The notes under the pieces: generated by a model
Told to the model about the DNA's origin: nothing
Databases searched by the model: none
The model's input: the letters and a program-made list of their open reading frames with translations, nothing else
Shown: positions 57,701-64,000 of the stretch, piece after piece
Layout of the letters: each line of letters opens with the position of its first letter
Numbering within the stretch: position 1 is the first letter of the stretch
Program-made: the position numbers and the translations under genes
Origin: Lama guanicoe
Taxonomy: Eukaryota
Length of the DNA: 64,000 nucleotides
NCBI GenBank assembly: GCA_013239625.1
Contig: MU053934.1
Coordinates: forward strand, 3,862,399 to 3,926,398
Direction of reading: 5' to 3'

Positions 57701-60700
57701 TTATCCTTACCCCCCAATCTTTTCTGTGTTCCAAATTTACTGTAATCAACAAGTACTGTTCTCAAAAGCAGAGAAGTCTATTGTTTCTCACAGGCTGAAA
57801 CTCTGACATCAACACTGTAAACTTTCCATGAAATACTCATTTAGTTGTGTGTGACTGTTAAAAACATGGTAGAGCTGGAAGTGACGCAGGTTAGGCACAA
57901 AGGTTTTCTGGGTGGGATCTTCCCCTTCTGGTTTCCGCTCCAGAAGAGAAGGAAAAGGAGGTGACTGTGGGGCTTCCTGCCTCTCAGCCCAGGCCTGAGA
58001 CCTCCAGACCATCAGACGGAGCCTGCCCTTTGGTATACCCAAGGCTCTTTAATATACCTGTCAGCTCCTGATAATAAACTCAGTTTTAGTAAGTAATCCT
58101 GTTCTGATCAGTCACTTCTCCAGAGTAACTCCAGCTCTTTATCCTGAGTGGCAATGATACTAACCCATCCAACTGCTGGTCTGGTCAAAAACTATTTCAG
58201 CACCTACGCTGTGCAAGGCATCATGCCAGACACTGAGCCACCGTCAACCCCAGACTGAAAAAACGACCCACCAGACAGAGGCCACATGTCATCTTTCCAA
58301 GTTCTGCCCAAGCATAGGGTTTCAGATGCACTAAAACAGCAGCAAACAGGAATGTGAACAAACACTGCCTAATTCCAGTGCCGCTCCTCCCAGGACTTAG
58401 GCAAAGCCGGGGCTGAGCACCAGTCCCTGATGAGAATGCTGGCAGCTTGGCTGCACGGCACTAAGGTAATTGCACCACATCCCACTGGGCAGAGGCAGAC
58501 AAGATGGGGAGAAAACCTGGAACCTGGGGACCATCCAAATCTTTCCTCCACAGCCCCTCACACTTCTTCCCCTTCCTGTCGTCTATGAGGCTGATAAGAT
58601 CACATTCAACTAACATTTACCGAGGGCCTTTTAGGTGCTAAGGCCCAGTGCCAAATAATTTTGCAAAGAACTCAAAACTTTGCTTTGCACATGCTGTTCC
58701 CTCTGCCTGGAACCTGCTTCTTCTCCTTATACATGGTGACAGCTTAAATGTCACCTTAAATGTCAGAGAAGTGCCTGCCCAGGCGGGAATGTTTCCTCAA
58801 ATGTTCCCTCAAAGCACCCAGGATGGCTGTAACGGCTCCTGTGTGTGTACTGTCTCTCTCCCGAGCTGGACTCAGTCCCTACATCAGCACACCAGGATGC
58901 AACACCTCTTTCTTGAATAGATTAAACAGCCTATAAGGTAATAATAAAAGCCAGTGTTTACTGAGCACGTACTATGCACCAAGGCTATGCTGAGCTCCAC
59001 GCAGACGTTAGGACGTGAGGGCCACACGATGGCTGCACTATTATTACTCCCCTTTTACAAATGAAGGAAACTGTGTCATCTCCCCGCTATTTTTAAAGAA
59101 TGGGAATTAGAACCTGTAAGCAACTTGTCCAAGGCCACAGGGCTAACAGAGAGTGAAGAAGAGTCAGCCGCATCTCCCAGCTCTCTCTCCAGCTCACAGG
59201 GACTGCTGGGCTTATCACCCTCTCTCCCCAGCTTTGATCTCCTGTGCTCCCTGTGACCATTTTTATTTCCTTCCTGAATTCTCAGCCTCCTCTCCCAAAG
59301 CACCCGTTCAGAAGTCTTCCCCGACTCCTCCCCTCACGTCCTACACCCATCAGCTCCCAGAGCCCACGTGGACCGCTCAGCTGTGCTGCAGCACATGTCT
59401 TGTGCGAAGACCCTTTCAGCCCCGCAGGGAGGGACGAACCGGAGCGCTCAACACCCAGCCAAGCAGGCGGGCAGGGCAGACATCGCCTCAGTGAGAGTGG
59501 GATCAGGAGTCAAACCCGGCATTCGGCGCTCCACTTCCCACTACGTCCCCCCTCCCCTCTGCCTGTATTTACAGCACTGATGGGCATGGTGGCCTGCAAG
59601 GTGGACAGCTACCACAGTCTCAATGGGGAACGGGAGCTGCCCACCCGTTCCAGATCCCCAGGGTGAGAAGTTGGTGAGGCCCTGCAAGACCCTGAGAGAC
59701 CCAGGACAGCCAGGGAGAACCGTGCTTCCAGCTCAGGGAGCCACTCCACAGCCAGCCTCGGAGGCCGGGGGAGTGCAGACATCATTACAGCAGTGGGCTC
59801 CTGAGCAGAGGCCTGTCCTGAGTCACCCAGGACTGTCAAGACCAGAAGTTGCTGGAAGAATAGAAGTTGGAAAGGCAGCAGGGACTAAAAAGGATGCCAA
59901 TAACCTGACAGAAAGCAAAGGAGAGAAAGGCCAGGAGTTACCTGCAAGAATAAAGGAAGGAGGAGAAGAGCAGATCACTGTCCTGCAACCCCAGGCTGAG
60001 GATGTTGCTTCCTTTTTGAAATCTTCAGGGCTCCCTGTTGACCACACCGGGGTCAAGTTCAAACTCCTTAGTGGCGCTTTCAAAGGTCATGCTCCAGGTC
60101 CACTGCTGGGAGGTGAGGTATTTCAGGCCTCTGCACCTCTGCCCAGGGGCACCTCTCCCTCCGTGGGCAGAGCACTCCTGTCCCTCAAGGTGCAAGATGT
60201 TTGGCTTCTAGAATGACCATGACGCCTGGCACACCCCAGGGTTAGCGAGGGAAGAGCGTGGGCTCCAAGGTCAGCTCCACTGACCAGACGGCTTTACCCT
60301 CCTAAGCTGCCTCTTCTGTTCCCACCTCACTGGTGGTGGGGAGGATGAAATGCAGCTATTCATGAAAGGGCTTTGAACTGTGCCTGGCACACAGTAAGTG
60401 CTTAATAAACAAGCTGTTGTTCCTATTGTCCTCTGGCCCTACCAGTGCCCTGTTTCCACCACAAGCAGAGCACTGTCTATCGCATATCTATTTCACAGTG
60501 GACGCCCTCAGCCAACCACAGCCTCTTAGCAGATACAACCCACAACTCTGCACAATGCTGGGCACACAGCAGGTCTTCAGTGAGTGCTCACTGCCCGTGA
60601 TGGGCCAGTGGCGGACCCCCCAGACCCCTCCCAGGGCCCGTGCTGGCTTTCCACAACTCACATACCAAACTCCCAGTCTCGAGGCCCTGCAGAGTGAGAA

Positions 60701-62874
60701 GGGCAGTCACTGTTACTTGGTTTCAAAACAATAAAGGGCCGTACTCTGCCTTCCCAGGCTGCTTCCACTCCAGGGAATTTACCAGGAGAAATGAGCACAG
60801 CAGGGACTGGAAATAGCACGGAGCCCCTCTTGGGGAGAGAGCTGGGCCGGCCCGCCAGAAACCAGGAGCAAAACCTCAAAGGCAGAGGGGGAGAAAACAG
60901 CCTCCAGACAGAAGCCCGAGCTCCACAGAACTCAGCCAACACCAGTGAACTAGGACAAGATCACTTAAACCCATTCTGCCTTGAAGACCTTCTTCCCATC
61001 CACTTGAAGACCTTTAGAAGGGGTTCTTGGCATAATCCACTACCACGTGGGAGCAACTTACAACACATCCAGAATCCCAAAGGCTGCACAAAGTAACCAG
61101 GCTGCCTGTGGTTCTCAGGCAGAAATGCCAATTGACTCCATGCCAACTGGTTACCTGGGCCTTGTGTCTGGATCGGGGTCACTGTCCATCTACTACGTCC
61201 ATCTCCCCAGCAGACTGGGAGTGCCTAGAGGCCAGGCACCAGGTCCCATCCATCTTTAGACCCCTGTACCCCTAGCATAGTGCCTGGCATGTAGTAGATG
61301 CTCAGTAAGTTACAAGGCAGCAAGATGTGGCAGCAAGAGAGAGGTCCTGGTTCAAGGATGACTCCATCCTGGTCTGCCATGTACCATCCACAAGGAGTCA
61401 TGTGCTCCCTCTAAGTCTCAGTTTCCTCATTTGTAAAGAGGGATAACACATAGTTCTGTCCTCACATAGCCTCTGAGAGAATTAACTAGGGAAATACAGT
61501 GGAAAGCACCAAAGCATCAGAGGAATGCTAGTTACCCTTCGAGCTTCAGCTCAGCTCTCCCTTTGCGTTGGAGTCTTTTCTGCTGGCCACGTTCCCCCTC
61601 CCGCAGCACTGAACCCACTCTGCATTCCATTCTTATATTTTTCACATCATCGTGACTACTTGTTTCTAAGTTTGATTCCCCCACTGACCTGAGAGGCCCT
61701 GGATCCCAGGGTGGAGGGTGGGGGTACATATGTTTGTGTCCAAAGCCTGATGAAGTGCGCACACAAGGGCCCTGACTGCTGCCCCCCACCATGGTCCCAG
61801 CTCTAATACACACAGCACTCCCCAGCAAGATGTCCCGATGGTCAGAGCCTAGGGGGCCCCACCAAGCACTCTGGAAAGGAAGGGAGATAGGAAAGGACGC
61901 TGCATACATAACCTGGGAAGGAGTCACACCTCTGAGACCTGTGTCTCCTCTGCAGGTGCCGCGAACTTGTTTGCCTGACTGCCACCGCAGAACAAAGGCC
62001 TCCAGGGCACAGATTGCTGCTTCTTTCCTTACCTAAAGCACCCGGCAGTCAGATAAATAATAGATGGCCTTCACCTCACACGCAGGTATCAGACGTGAGA
62101 ACACCGGCTTTGCCCCCACAGTGCCCTGGGTGTGTGTTCGTGTGTATCGTCTGGCCTTGCACAATCCCAGAGGGGATATGGGTTGGGAACAGATACCCAT
62201 GCCCACCTTTCAACCCCATCACCTTGCCCTGGCCTGGAGTCGACCAGCACTAGCCCTAAGCGGTGTGCCAGGGGAGGAAACCTACAGGACGGATGCACAC
62301 ACCCTAAACCAGTCTCTGTGGTCCCTTTCCAAGCAAACATCCTTGGAGCCCCAGGTTCCTGTGGGTGCCCCTCCAAACAGCTGACCAGTATGTAAGGCAT
62401 GTACACCTTCAGGCATGTATCCCCAAAGCCCTTGCCAGGCCAGCCGCCATCCCAGATCACAGCTACCCTCACAGGGCAAAGCTGATTCTCCCACTCACTC
62501 GGCCGTGCCAGGCGCCAGCACGCCCACCGGGCGCACACAATCCCACTTGCAAAGGGCCTGTCCATCTGCCTCCCCACTCCCCCAAGCCACCCCCACGGTT
62601 AGGTCCAATTACACTCCAGGCGCCGGCCCCGCCACGTTGGCGAGGAGGGGGCCAGGGCACACCCCACGGGTAGGAAAGGCCGGGCCGCGGACACCCTCTC
62701 CCTCCTGGCCAGGCGGCCTCCTTCGTCCCCTCCCCGCCCGGGGACCCATGGCCAATGCGACCCGCCGGGCATCCCCTCGAGCGGGCCTCTCCAGAACCGA
62801 GCAGCACCCCCGGCCCCGGGAGCCCTAGGCCGCCCCCCTCAGGGCCTCCAGCGCAGGGCTGGCGGGCGGGGTAC

Positions 62875-63000
62875 CTCAGGAACCCATGGTGGCGGCGTGT
62901 GCGGGCGATGCGCGGCGGCTGGACTCTGCGGGCGGGGCAAACGGGCGGCACCGCAGCCCTGGTATCTCGCCGCCGCCGGCGCGTCCCTGGCCCAGCGGAG
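62875..63000 (-). other. TMEM184B: TMEM184B non-coding exon 1 (5' boundary approximate)
   Basis: Within a CpG island; donor CCTGAG|GTACCC with GT at 62874-62873. Implies a ~23.4-kb intron 1. Confidence 0.65.
62876..62887 (-). other. Minimal uORF Met-Gly-Ser-stop in perfect Kozak context
   Basis: The minus strand reads GCCGCCACC ATG GGT TCC TGA G|GT. Confidence 0.65.
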
Positions 63001-64000
63001 TGCCGCCGCGGCGCGCCTGCGCATGAGCGCGCCGCCGGGGAGGGCGGGGCGGTGAACGCGCGGCTGAGATCACCCTCCCCGCCTTAAAGGAGACGCGGTT
63101 CCGAACCCCCGGTGGTGGGAGCGATCCTGGTTCTCCTGCTGGTAGCAAACTGGCCACGAGTTGCCTCCTCAGCCTTCATCTGACCCCCAGCTCTGCCCGC
63201 CACCGAGCTCCTTGGGGTGCAGGGACAGAGTCGTGGGGCCCAAGCTCTGTCCCTGGCACTCGCTGGCTGTATGGACTTTCACTTCTTTTAATCCTAATTT
63301 CTTCCCTTTGGGCCTGTTTGAAGAGGAAGCATTATCTATTTGTCGAGTGCAGGGTGCATGTGGAATTGTGGAATGAATGTATACCGAAGTGCTGTGTGCA
63401 ATAACATGAGGTGATACTGCAAAACCGAGAAAGAGGTTTTCTTCCCACTCCGCTTATCGGCGCTTCTTTTTTGCCCCACCTGGCTCTCCATGGCTTATCT
63501 AGCAAAATTCTTCAGATATCATGCAAACCGCCTAGCCCATATCTGTTTGCCAGGTCCACACCCAACTCGGTTTAACTGAAAAACATAAAATCCAATCATG
63601 TTCTAGCTTTGATGTGTTCAAGATCCCCAAATTTATTTTTATTCCCAGCCCAGACTCCTCCCCTGAACTGTGTACTCAACACCTCATTGCTGAATTCCAG
63701 TAGGATCTTAAAGTCAACATACCCACAACAGAATCATCTCTTCTCAAATGCAGAAAAGACCTGCACCCTCACAGCCTCCCCACAACAGCAGTTAGCAAGT
63801 CCATCCTTCCAGCCTCCAGCCCAGAACTCCTGGAGTCATCCTTGAATCCCTCCACCCACTCCCTAACCAACAGGAGTGGGAAATTATGTTGTCTCTACCT
63901 GCAAAATATATCTAGACTCTGACCTCTTCAACCCCATTTCCGTGGCTATTACCCTGTCTGCTTACTGTCCAGAACTGTTGCAATATTATTACAGACTGAA

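Larger units (their letters stand above)
62480..63120. promoter_or_regulatory. TMEM184B: CpG island / TMEM184B promoter
   Basis: CpG-dense; NRF1-type GCGCCTGCGCA (63013-63023); GC box GGGCGGGGC (~63042-63050); CCAAT at ~62752. Confidence 0.8.

Overview
Mammalian genomic window, probably camelid (inferred from a Vic-1-like tRNA-derived SINE). It contains two convergent genes. MAFF (+ strand) has a CpG-island promoter at ~4.3-5.5 kb, coding exons 13179-13214 and 13783-14394, and a poly(A) signal at 15637. TMEM184B (- strand) has a promoter and non-coding exon 1 at ~62.9-63.1 kb and eight coding exons from 39391 down to 19522, totalling 1224 nt (407 aa), with a poly(A) signal at 17359. The most notable observations are: (1) a 70-bp tandem duplication that frameshifts the MAFF C-terminus into an Arg/Pro-rich tail (real allele or assembly artefact); (2) an intact BTF3 (NAC-beta, 162 aa) retrocopy with TSDs inside nested L1 elements in TMEM184B intron 1; (3) a 21-nt in-frame TMEM184B microexon (VPTYGPY); (4) a perfect-Kozak 3-codon uORF ending 1 nt before the TMEM184B exon 1 donor. 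The rest is mostly L1, L2, MIR, MLT and DNA-transposon fossils. Most ORF-track entries are spurious. Gene and repeat-family names come from recall, not database searches.
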